From Solirubrobacterales bacterium (GTDB lineage: Bacteria; Actinomycetota; Thermoleophilia; Solirubrobacterales; 70-9), in contig DATIPH010000031.1 of NCBI GenBank assembly GCA_035472275.1, forward strand, positions 14,983 through 78,982: a DNA stretch of 64,000 bases. Direction: 5' to 3'. Below are positions 43,476 to 51,632 of the stretch, piece by piece; positions within the stretch are counted from its first letter, which is position 1; every line of letters begins with the position of its first letter. The translations under genes and the position numbers were made by a program. The notes beneath the pieces are model-generated. The model was given only the letters and a program-made list of their open reading frames with translations, had not been told where the DNA came from and ran no database searches.

Positions 43476-44934
43476 CGCCGTGGTGAGCCAAAGTGGTCTT
43501 TTCATCGACAACGAGTTCGTCGAGGCCCGTGACGGGGAGATGCTGGAGAGCTTCGACCCGGCGACCGGCGACTCCCTGGGGACGGTCCATACTGCCGGCC
43601 CCGCCGACGTCGACGTCGCGGTCGCTTCGGCCCGGCGCGCCTTCGAGTCCGGCCCTTGGCCGAATCTGACCCCGGCCGAGCGGGGACGACTGCTGTGGCG
43701 CCTCGGCGATCTGATCGAGCGCGACGCCGATGAGCTGGCGCTGCTGGAGACGCTCGACAACGGCAAGCCGATCACCTTCTCCCGTCGCGACGACCTCGCC
43801 CTGACCGCGGAGATGTTCCGCTACTTCGCCGGCTACGCGACCAAGCATCCGGGCCAGACCGTGCCGGTCTCGACTCCCGAGCGCTTCGTCTACACCTTGC
43901 ACGAGCCGGTCGGCGTCTGCGCCGGGATCGTGCCCTGGAACTACCCGCTGTTGATGGCTTCGATGAAGCTGGCGCCGGCGCTGGCCTGCGGCAACACGAT
44001 GATCCTGAAGCCGGCCGAGCAGACCCCGCTGTCTTCCCTGCGTCTGGCCGAGCTGATTCGCGAGGCCGGTTTCCCGCCCGGCGTCATCAACGTCCTCAAC
44101 GGCCCCGGCGCCGTCACCGGCACCGTCCTCGCGGCCCATCCCGGGATCGACAAGGTTGCCTTCACCGGCAGCACCGAGGCCGGGCAGATGGTTTTGGCGG
44201 CCTCGATCCCAAGCTTGAAGCGGGTCTCGCTCGAGCTCGGCGGCAAGTCGCCGAACATCGTCTTTGCCGACTCCGACCCGACCCTGCGCCGCCAGGGGGC
44301 GCTGTGGGGGGTCTTCCACAACATGGGCCAGGACAGCACCGCCGGCTCGCGCCTCTACGTCGAGGACTCGATCTACGACGAGGTGCTCGCCGAGCTTGCC
44401 GCCGATGCCGCCGCGCTCCAGGTCGGGCCCGGCATCGCCCCGGAGACCGAGATCGGGCCAATCGTCACCCCCGAGCAACTGCGGCGGGTCGAGCGCTACC
44501 TGACGATTGCCGCCGCCGAGGGCCGGGTGATCGGCGGTGGCCGCGCCGAAGACGGGGGGCTCGCCGCCGGCAACTTCCTGCGCCCGGCGATCGTCGCCGA
44601 CGTCAGTGCCAACTCACCGGTCGCGACGGAAGAGGTCTTCGGCCCGGTCGTCACCGTCTTCCGCTTTTCCGACGAGGATGAGGCGGTCGCGCTCGCCAAC
44701 GACTCCAAGTACGGCCTCGCCGCCGGGGTCTGGACCCGCGACGGCGCTCGCGCGGTGCGGATCGCACGCCGGCTGCGCGCCGGCACGGTGTGGACTAACT
44801 GCTACGGCGAAGGGGACCCTGCCGCTCCGTTTGGGGGGTACAAGATGAGTGGGCATGGGAGGGAGATGGGGTCTTATGCGATGGACCTTTACACCGAGGT
44901 GAAGAGCGTCTGGATGGGGCTGGAAGGGGCTTAG
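43468..44934 (+). CDS. NAD(P)-dependent aldehyde dehydrogenase
   Basis: VCAGIVPWNYPL, LELGGKSPNIVF and the EEVFGPV motif. Confidence 0.9.
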   Translation: MDSAVVSQSGLFIDNEFVEARDGEMLESFDPATGDSLGTVHTAGPADVDVAVASARRAFESGPWPNLTPAERGRLLWRLGDLIERDADELALLETLDNGKPITFSRRDDLALTAEMFRYFAGYATKHPGQTVPVSTPERFVYTLHEPVGVCAGIVPWNYPLLMASMKLAPALACGNTMILKPAEQTPLSSLRLAELIREAGFPPGVINVLNGPGAVTGTVLAAHPGIDKVAFTGSTEAGQMVLAASIPSLKRVSLELGGKSPNIVFADSDPTLRRQGALWGVFHNMGQDSTAGSRLYVEDSIYDEVLAELAADAAALQVGPGIAPETEIGPIVTPEQLRRVERYLTIAAAEGRVIGGGRAEDGGLAAGNFLRPAIVADVSANSPVATEEVFGPVVTVFRFSDEDEAVALANDSKYGLAAGVWTRDGARAVRIARRLRAGTVWTNCYGEGDPAAPFGGYKMSGHGREMGSYAMDLYTEVKSVWMGLEGA

Positions 44935-44943
44935 GTTTGGCGT

Positions 44944-45024
44944 GGTGGGGCGGGGTGACCCCTCCCAAAACCCGCTCGCTTCGCTCGCTTTTGAGTGTTT
45001 TGGGAGGGGTCACCCCGCCCCACC
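44944..45024. repeat. Perfect 28-bp inverted repeat with a 25-nt loop
   Basis: GGTGGGGCGGGGTGACCCCTCCCAAAAC ... GTTTTGGGAGGGGTCACCCCGCCCCACC, 10 nt after the aldehyde dehydrogenase stop. Confidence 0.85.
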
Positions 45025-45198
45025 CAACGGGAAGCTCCTCTAACCCCACGAGGTCACTAGCTTCCGTTGGCCAAATCACCACCGGATTTTTGGGAGAGCT
45101 TCCGTCCCTCGCAAGCTAAGTGAGAAATTGGGGCGTTATCCGAACCTTGACCGGCTCCGCCAAGCGGAACATCCCAATTCGGAATCCCGATTTCGGTT

Positions 45199-45314
45199 GG
45201 AGGGTCGGGTGGCCCTCGTACGAGCGGCGTCCTGATTTTCGCAGTGCCCGTCAGCGAGAGCTGGGCAGTTAAAGGCGAAAATCCCAGCGAAGGTAGAGGG
45301 CCACCCGACCCTCC
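45199..45314. repeat. Nested long hairpin: perfect 19-bp outer stem enclosing a 9-bp inner stem
   Basis: Outer stem GGAGGGTCGGGTGGCCCTC ... GAGGGCCACCCGACCCTCC. Inner stem GATTTTCGC ... GCGAAAATC. Confidence 0.8.
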
Positions 45315-45329
45315 CCCAAACCCCGATCC

Positions 45330-46406
45330 CTAACCCTTTTTGTGTTTCTCCCGCATCTCGCGACTCTTGACCTTCGCGTCCTTATACGACGACTCCACCA
45401 GAGCCTTGCCGCCACTCCACCCGAACACCCACGAAACGACGATCACCGCGAACAGCACGTCCCAGGCGGAGATCACCAGTTGTTGACCGATCGAGTAGGC
45501 GGTCGCGGTCGAGGCGTCGACCGATCCCGAGAGCGCGGCCGAGTTCATCGCCTGGGTGACGCCGACGCCGCCGGGCGTGGCGGAGACGCTGTTGGAGATC
45601 GAGTTGGAGGCGGTCACGGTGGCGATGTTGTGGAAGGTGACGGGGATCCCATAGGCACCGAGGAAGACACCGACGATCGCCAGTCGGGCCGCGTAGCTGC
45701 CGAGCTCGGGCAGGAAGAGGTCGAGGAAGGTGCGTCGCGGGCTGCGGAGGATGGCGCCGCCCGCCGCGGCCTCTTCGCGCAGCTTGCGCAAGCGCGGCCA
45801 GAAGATGCGCGCCAGTAGCGCCAGGAGGACGATGGCGCCGACGACGATCAGGATCACCAACGCCTCGTGGTCTTCGAGGAAGCCGAGCTTGATCCCGAAG
45901 GAGCCGCTGACCGAGATGAAGAGGTAGAGGTAGAGGCCGACGTTGAAAGCGCTGAAGAAGATCTTCTCGACGATCAGGCCGGAGAAAACCATCGTGAAGG
46001 TGGCGCCGGCGAGCAGCGTCGTGAACATCAGCAGCATCACCCAGGTGCCGATGTTGGCGGGCAGGAAGGTGTTGAGCGCGACCGCAACCGCGTAGCAGGC
46101 GAGGATCAGCCGGTAGGAGACGCGGGCGTGGGGGAGGGCAGCGCGGAGGATCCCGAACCAGGCCAGTGCCGCCAGCGAGGTCTGCGCCGTCTCCAGCAGC
46201 ACCCCGGTGATGACAGCCCAGGGCGGGATCTCGCCGACCTTGCGGAACAAATCCCGGATCCAGTCGCTGGCGGGGACGCCGAGCAGGTCGAGGACAGCGA
46301 TGAAGAGGACGACGGCGCCGATCCAGATCGCGATCCGCGCCAGGCGCCGCCGCACTGGGTTAGGTTGCGGCGGTGATCCCCCCTCGTCGCTGGCTGCCGG
46401 TCTCAC
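45330..46406 (-). CDS. Polytopic membrane protein (UPF0104 / lysyl-PG-synthase TM-domain-like)
   Basis: About 8 TM helices with a basic N-terminus. The family call is tentative. Confidence 0.6.
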   Translation of the reverse strand: MRPAASDEGGSPPQPNPVRRRLARIAIWIGAVVLFIAVLDLLGVPASDWIRDLFRKVGEIPPWAVITGVLLETAQTSLAALAWFGILRAALPHARVSYRLILACYAVAVALNTFLPANIGTWVMLLMFTTLLAGATFTMVFSGLIVEKIFFSAFNVGLYLYLFISVSGSFGIKLGFLEDHEALVILIVVGAIVLLALLARIFWPRLRKLREEAAAGGAILRSPRRTFLDLFLPELGSYAARLAIVGVFLGAYGIPVTFHNIATVTASNSISNSVSATPGGVGVTQAMNSAALSGSVDASTATAYSIGQQLVISAWDVLFAVIVVSWVFGWSGGKALVESSYKDAKVKSREMREKHKKG

Positions 46407-47773
46407 TGGCGCTGACTGTATTGGCGCTCACGGCTGGCGCGGCTCCGTCCGCGGAGGCTGTTCGGCCGAAGCTCGAGCCCTGCAACCTCGGGATGCCACG
46501 GCTGTTTCGATGCGGCCATGTGACCGTGCCGGTTCGCCGCGCTGACCCCGCGCTGGGGACGACCAAGGTCGCCTTCGCGGTCCGTCCCCGCTCCGACCGC
46601 AGCCAGCCGCCCCTGGCGACGATCGTGGCGATGGACGGTGGCCCCGGCTACGCCTCGACGGCCCCGGAATACGCCAGCTCGCTGGTCGCAGCGCTGGGGC
46701 CGCTGCTGCGCCGCCACGACCTCGTCCTCTTCGACGAGCGCGGGACCGGTCGCTCGGAAGCGATCGACTGCCCCGGCCTGCAGGGCGGCCTGGTCCAGGA
46801 ATACATCGCCGTCGGCGAGTGCGCCAACCAGCTCGGCCCGCGCTACGCCGGCTACACCACCGCCGAAGCGGCCGAAGACCTCGAGGTCGTCCGGCGCTCG
46901 CTCGGCCTCGGCAAGGTCTTCTTCTACGGCGACTCCTACGGGACCCTGTTCGGCCAGGCCTACGCCGTCCGCCACGAATCCAGCCTCAGGGGCCTGATCC
47001 TCGATTCCAGCTACCCGGGGACCGACGACCCCTACTACCGCTCGATCTATCCGGCGAGCCTGCAGGGACTGCGAATCACCTGTCGCGTCTCGCCGACCTG
47101 CTCGGGCGATCCGGTCGCCCGCCTCAGCGGCGTGGTGAGGCGCTTCCAGGCCACCCACCGCTCGACCGACGACCTTCTCTCCGTCCTCTTGCAGGCCGCC
47201 TACCTCGCGCCCCGCTCCTACCTCAGCCTTGACGACGGCAACCGCCGCTTCCTCGAAGGGGATCCGCGGCGGCTGAACCGCCTGATCGATTCCGGTCGGC
47301 CCGGCAACGGCGACCCCACCGCCTTCTCCTACGGCCTCGAGATCGCGGTGGAGTGCAACGACTACCCGCTGCTCTGGGACCCGCAGGCGCCGATCGACGA
47401 GCGCATTCGGCAGCTCTCGGTCGCGATCAGCAAAATGCCCCAGAACTACTACGCGCCCTTCACCCGGCGCGAGTACATCCTCTCCTCGGCGGCCCGGCTG
47501 ACCAATTGCCTGGCCTGGCCCGCGCCGCCGGCCAGCGGGCTGGAGCGGCCCGTGCCCTCGGGCTGGCGCGCGTCACGTTCCTTCCCGACCCTGATCCTCG
47601 CCGGCCAGGTGGATAACGTCACCTCGGTCGCGGAAGGGAGAGAAGTCGAGGCGCGCTTCCCACGCTCGCGCTTCTACGTCGTCCCCGATCGCGGCCACGT
47701 CTCTGCCCTCTACTTCCCCTTCCGTTCGCCCGCGGTCGGTGTGATCCGCGCGTTCATTGCGGAGCATTCGTAG
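46373..47773 (+). CDS. Secreted alpha/beta hydrolase (tripeptidyl-aminopeptidase-like)
   Basis: Signal peptide and nucleophile elbow GDSYG. Confidence 0.75.
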   Translation: MIPPRRWLPVSLALTVLALTAGAAPSAEAVRPKLEPCNLGMPRLFRCGHVTVPVRRADPALGTTKVAFAVRPRSDRSQPPLATIVAMDGGPGYASTAPEYASSLVAALGPLLRRHDLVLFDERGTGRSEAIDCPGLQGGLVQEYIAVGECANQLGPRYAGYTTAEAAEDLEVVRRSLGLGKVFFYGDSYGTLFGQAYAVRHESSLRGLILDSSYPGTDDPYYRSIYPASLQGLRITCRVSPTCSGDPVARLSGVVRRFQATHRSTDDLLSVLLQAAYLAPRSYLSLDDGNRRFLEGDPRRLNRLIDSGRPGNGDPTAFSYGLEIAVECNDYPLLWDPQAPIDERIRQLSVAISKMPQNYYAPFTRREYILSSAARLTNCLAWPAPPASGLERPVPSGWRASRSFPTLILAGQVDNVTSVAEGREVEARFPRSRFYVVPDRGHVSALYFPFRSPAVGVIRAFIAEHS

Positions 47774-47898
47774 GCAAGGCGCTTTTGTTCTCTCTGGGTG
47801 TACAAAAGCGCCTTGTCGGGCTGAGCTGACTCGGCGATCGCCGCGGGACTGTCGAAAACCCCGCCCAATCGCCGCCGCGGCCAGTACCTTTGCCGGCG

Positions 47899-49587
47899 AT
47901 GAGAAGGGCTTTCGCGATCGCCGTCCTGCTCGCCCTGGTCGCCTTGTCGGCCCTGGCACCGGCGGGACAGGCGAAGACCGCCTTCACGGACGTCACCGTC
48001 GGCAAGGTGGCGCTGGCGCCGTTGCCCCACGGACGCGGCGTGCTGCTGGTTCGTGTCGCCTATCCGATCGATCTCCTCGGCCGCCGGTTCGACCTCGAAG
48101 TCTTCGTCGATCGCCCGGGCGGCGGGCGCCAGCGCCTGTTCGGAGCCCCGATCGCTCTCAGCGGCGGCCTGCCCCGTACCCCCGAGCGACGGGGCCGGTT
48201 CCGGTTCGTGCACCAGGTCGTCCTCGACGCGGCGCAGACTCGGGCCGCGCGCGAAGCCGGGCAGGTCGAAGTCAAGGCAGACGGGTCGCTCGACGTCAAC
48301 CACGACGGCGTTCTCGAGCTCAGTGCGCAGGGGCAGGCCAGACGTCCGCTGGGAGGTTCCGGCACCCCCGTCTGCGGCACCGTGCCTCTGCTCCGCTCCT
48401 ACTACAGCCGCCGCGTCTCGGTCAAGCTGCCGGCCTGCACGAGCCCGCGGCGCTGGCGGGTCGCGTCCTCTCCCGAACACGGCAGGGTCCGGATCCACAG
48501 CCCCTGGCTCACCTATACCCCGGCGGCGAAGTTCCGCGGCACCGACACGCTGAGCTTGGTCGCGAGCCCGCCGCGAGGCGCCTCGGCCTCGGCGGAACCG
48601 CTCTCCGAACCGGTCGTCGTCCGGGTCGGTAGCGCCGCCCACGCCGTCGTTCGGGCGATGGGGGACTCGGTGACCGCCGGCTTCGGCTACTACGACACCG
48701 GCAGGCCGATGCCCCTGGTCAACCTGCTCGAATGCAAACCGGGCAACGTCAAGCTGATCGATTCCTGCTCGTCGAACTCGGTGGTGGTGAGCAACGAAGC
48801 GAAGGAAGTCGAATACGCGCCCGACTACGGCCTCGCCAACAACATCTCCTGGGCGGCCCAGTGGTCGAACGAACACGGGATCAGCGACTACGAGAACCTC
48901 GCGATCAGCGGCTCGGAGCCGGGCCAGTGGGCCCCCGGCGGCCCCCTGTATGCGACCACTAAGCAGATCGAGTCCGAAGACCCGGACTACATCCTGATGA
49001 CGCTCGGGGCCAACCCGCTGCTCGACGAAATGCTGTTCGGGATCGACAGCATGGGCTGCGCGATCTACTCCGACATCTTCGGCGGCTACCAGGAATGCGT
49101 CGAAGAATCGTTCGCCAAGATCCGCCTCCACGAAAGCCTCGAAGACATCTACCGGGAGCTGGTCAAGAACACCGACGCGACGATCTACCTGATGCAGTAC
49201 CACCTCTCGATCCCCTCGACCGCGCTCGCCTACAGCGCCGTCCAAATCGCCGAGGTGGCGAAACTGATGAACGCCGAAATCGCCAAGGTGGCGAGCGAAG
49301 TGAACCCGCAACGGCTGCAGGTGGTGACGCCGCCGCACTTCAACGTCGGCATCGACCTTTCTCCCGTCTACCCGTCGAAGTACTCGTGCTCGCGGCTCGA
49401 CTACAAGGTCGACGGCCCCAGCGTCCAAATCGGCGCGACCCAGGACGAGCTGCTGATCAGCCACCCGCTCTCGTTCTGCAGGGGTCCGGTCACGGGCCCG
49501 CCGTGGGTGATCACCGGCGACACCGGGATCCACCCCAGCGCCACCGGCTACACCCAGATGGCCTCGCAGATCCCGGCGCCTGAATAG
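47899..49587 (+). CDS. Secreted SGNH/GDSL-family hydrolase with N-terminal extra domain
   Basis: Signal peptide AIAVLLALVALSALAPAGQA, block I AMGDSVTAGFG, block V IHPSATGY. Confidence 0.75.
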   Translation: MRRAFAIAVLLALVALSALAPAGQAKTAFTDVTVGKVALAPLPHGRGVLLVRVAYPIDLLGRRFDLEVFVDRPGGGRQRLFGAPIALSGGLPRTPERRGRFRFVHQVVLDAAQTRAAREAGQVEVKADGSLDVNHDGVLELSAQGQARRPLGGSGTPVCGTVPLLRSYYSRRVSVKLPACTSPRRWRVASSPEHGRVRIHSPWLTYTPAAKFRGTDTLSLVASPPRGASASAEPLSEPVVVRVGSAAHAVVRAMGDSVTAGFGYYDTGRPMPLVNLLECKPGNVKLIDSCSSNSVVVSNEAKEVEYAPDYGLANNISWAAQWSNEHGISDYENLAISGSEPGQWAPGGPLYATTKQIESEDPDYILMTLGANPLLDEMLFGIDSMGCAIYSDIFGGYQECVEESFAKIRLHESLEDIYRELVKNTDATIYLMQYHLSIPSTALAYSAVQIAEVAKLMNAEIAKVASEVNPQRLQVVTPPHFNVGIDLSPVYPSKYSCSRLDYKVDGPSVQIGATQDELLISHPLSFCRGPVTGPPWVITGDTGIHPSATGYTQMASQIPAPE

Positions 49588-49613
49588 ACGAGAACGACTG
49601 GGCGACCCAACAC

Positions 49614-49991
49614 ATGGCGCGGGTTTCGATGCCCACCCAGAAGGAGCTGGTTCGGCTGCGGATCGCGATCCTCAACGGCTGCGTCACCTGCCAGTCGGCG
49701 CGGCTGGCGCCGGAGAGCGTGCCGGAGCAGCAAGCGACCGGGATCTGGAGGGACGACTTCGCCGCCAACCCCGAGTACAGCCCGGCCGAGCGCGCAGCGG
49801 TCGAATTCGCCGAACGGATGGCGGTCGACCACCACGGCATCGGCGACGCCGACGTCGAAGTCCTGCGCGAGCACTTCGACGACGCCGAGATCCTCGAGCT
49901 GATGATGATGGCTGGCCAGTACATCGGCTTCGGCCGCTGCCTGGCGATCCTCCAGCTCGAGGACGTCACCTGCCCGCTGCCGGCGCGCTAG
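49614..49991 (+). CDS. Carboxymuconolactone decarboxylase (AhpD-like) family protein
   Basis: The CVTCQSAR CxxC motif in an AhpD-like context. Confidence 0.7.
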   Translation: MARVSMPTQKELVRLRIAILNGCVTCQSARLAPESVPEQQATGIWRDDFAANPEYSPAERAAVEFAERMAVDHHGIGDADVEVLREHFDDAEILELMMMAGQYIGFGRCLAILQLEDVTCPLPAR

Positions 49992-50005
49992 ACGCGCGCC
50001 GGCAG
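49977..50005. terminator. Bidirectional terminator-like hairpin (12-bp GC stem, 5-nt loop)
   Basis: CTGCCGGCGCGC-TAGAC-GCGCGCCGGCAG between convergent genes. It includes the stop codon of the upstream gene. Confidence 0.55.
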
Positions 50006-50013
50006 GGTCGGCT

Positions 50014-50382
50014 TCAGTTCCCCAGTTCTTCCAGCTTCTTTTTCGCTTCTTCGACGCCCTTTTCAGCCTGTTGCTTGCCTTCTTCGATCCCCTTTTCGGC
50101 CTTCTTGACGCCTTCTTCGATCCCCTTCTTGGCGCTGCCCTTGCCTTCTTCGATCTGTTCCTTGGCCTTTTCGATGCCCTTTTCGGCTTCCTTGGTGCCT
50201 TCTTCGATCCCCTTTTCGGCCTGTTCGGTGCCCTTTTCGATCTGTTCCTTCGCGGTCTGCGTGCTGTCGTCGCTGCCGCAGCCGGACCAGATGACGCCGC
50301 CGGCCATCAGCGCGAACACCGCGACCAGGATCGGGCCGAGGGTTCGCAGCTTGGTGGTCTTGGTCGACTGACCGTCTCTCAT
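50014..50382 (-). CDS. Lipoprotein made of 11-residue amphipathic repeats (LEA/apolipoprotein-like)
   Basis: Lipobox IWSGCGS, then a run of 11-aa units such as AEKGIEEGTKE / AEKGIEKAKEQ / KKGIEEGVKKA / EKGIEEGKQQA. Confidence 0.7.
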   Translation of the reverse strand: MRDGQSTKTTKLRTLGPILVAVFALMAGGVIWSGCGSDDSTQTAKEQIEKGTEQAEKGIEEGTKEAEKGIEKAKEQIEEGKGSAKKGIEEGVKKAEKGIEEGKQQAEKGVEEAKKKLEELGN

Positions 50383-50422
50383 CGTTGATCTCCCACTCGT
50401 TTGCAGTTGCAGAGCGAAGCTA

Positions 50423-50776
50423 TTGCATGTTGTGGACACTTTCAGCGTGGACGAAGCTGAGCTGGACGAATTCGAGTCGCTGGTCGCCGACGCGATAGAC
50501 GGCCTGCCTGAGCAGTTCCAGCGGCTGCTGGTAGAGGTCCCAGTGGTTATCTCCGAACTCGGTTCAGAGCAACAGGCCTACGGGGAGTACTTCGGCGACG
50601 GTGTCGCCCACCAGGGCTTCGAGGACCGGATCGTGATCTACCGCGACACGCTTGAGCGCGACTTCGGCCACGACCGCGCCCGGCTCGCGCGGGAGGTCGA
50701 GCGGACGCTGCGCCACGAGCTCGCCCACCACCTTGGCGGGGAGGAGAGCGACGTCGATCGCCTCGGCCTCGGCTGA
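50423..50776 (+). CDS. Small zincin-like metallopeptidase-family protein
   Basis: HELAHHLG is an HExxH motif in a ~117-aa acidic protein. Confidence 0.6.
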   Translation: MHVVDTFSVDEAELDEFESLVADAIDGLPEQFQRLLVEVPVVISELGSEQQAYGEYFGDGVAHQGFEDRIVIYRDTLERDFGHDRARLAREVERTLRHELAHHLGGEESDVDRLGLG

Positions 50777-50795
50777 GCCGGCGCCAGGCTTGGGA

Positions 50796-51581
50796 TCAGG
50801 CGCCGGCCCGCACCGTGCAGTTGCGGGTCAGCGTGGTTGTGATCTCCCTGCCGTCGGCGAAGTCGAAGGCGCCGCGAGCGAAGGTGAAAGGGGCGCCGGG
50901 GAAGCCGGCGGGGGCAGCGCAGCTCGCGCTGATGTAGCTGCGGCGCTTTCCTTCGAAGGAGTACTGGCGGCCGATCTTCAGCGCGACCCTGGTGATCGAG
51001 CCGAGACCGCCGGCGAGGGTCGGAATCCGGGCAGTCAGCGTCGTACCGAACTTGCCCTTGCCCTGGTGGGTGATCACCAGTGGCAGGACCAGCGTCACTT
51101 GCACCGGCACGGACACGTAGAAATGGAGCAGGAGGGCGGGTTTGCCCTGAAAGAGGCCGTTGAAGACGAGGGCGTGGCCATGGGCGGGGGTCAACTGGCC
51201 GAGGGTTTCGAGCGAGGCGGAGAAACCGCCATGGCCGACCAGCGCCGATCTGCAGCGTCCCATCGCTGCGTTGTCGGTAGTCGATTGCAGCAGCGCCGTC
51301 GTGCAGGTAGGCAAGCCGCGGTTAGAGATCCGGCCGGCGCGGTTGAGGCCGATCTGCAGTTCCCGTAGGGCCGGTGGTCGGGTGCCGTCGGTGGTGCCGA
51401 TCGAGCCTTCGACGCTGACCGTGATCGGCGCCAGCCGCTCGCGGGGCAGCGAGTGCGGCGTGAAGCCGCCCTGGAAGGAGATCCGCAGGTTCCCCTTTTG
51501 GCTCAACTCTCCCTTGGCGATGCCGGCCGTGAGAAGCACGGCAAGCGTCAGCAGCGCGGATATGGCAAGGCGGCGGCGCAT
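50796..51581 (-). CDS. Secreted hypothetical protein
   Basis: Signal peptide MRRRLAISALLTLAVLLTAGIAKG. No family recognised. Confidence 0.6.
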   Translation of the reverse strand: MRRRLAISALLTLAVLLTAGIAKGELSQKGNLRISFQGGFTPHSLPRERLAPITVSVEGSIGTTDGTRPPALRELQIGLNRAGRISNRGLPTCTTALLQSTTDNAAMGRCRSALVGHGGFSASLETLGQLTPAHGHALVFNGLFQGKPALLLHFYVSVPVQVTLVLPLVITHQGKGKFGTTLTARIPTLAGGLGSITRVALKIGRQYSFEGKRRSYISASCAAPAGFPGAPFTFARGAFDFADGREITTTLTRNCTVRAGA

Positions 51582-51632
51582 TCGTTCCCAACCGTCAGTC
51601 TAGGTCGCGGATTCTGTGGCTAGGGTTGAGCG

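Noticed and set aside
44795-45119. Two small ORFs containing duplicated GGVTPP peptides
   Set aside because: They are mirror-image translations of the 28-bp perfect inverted repeat, not genes.
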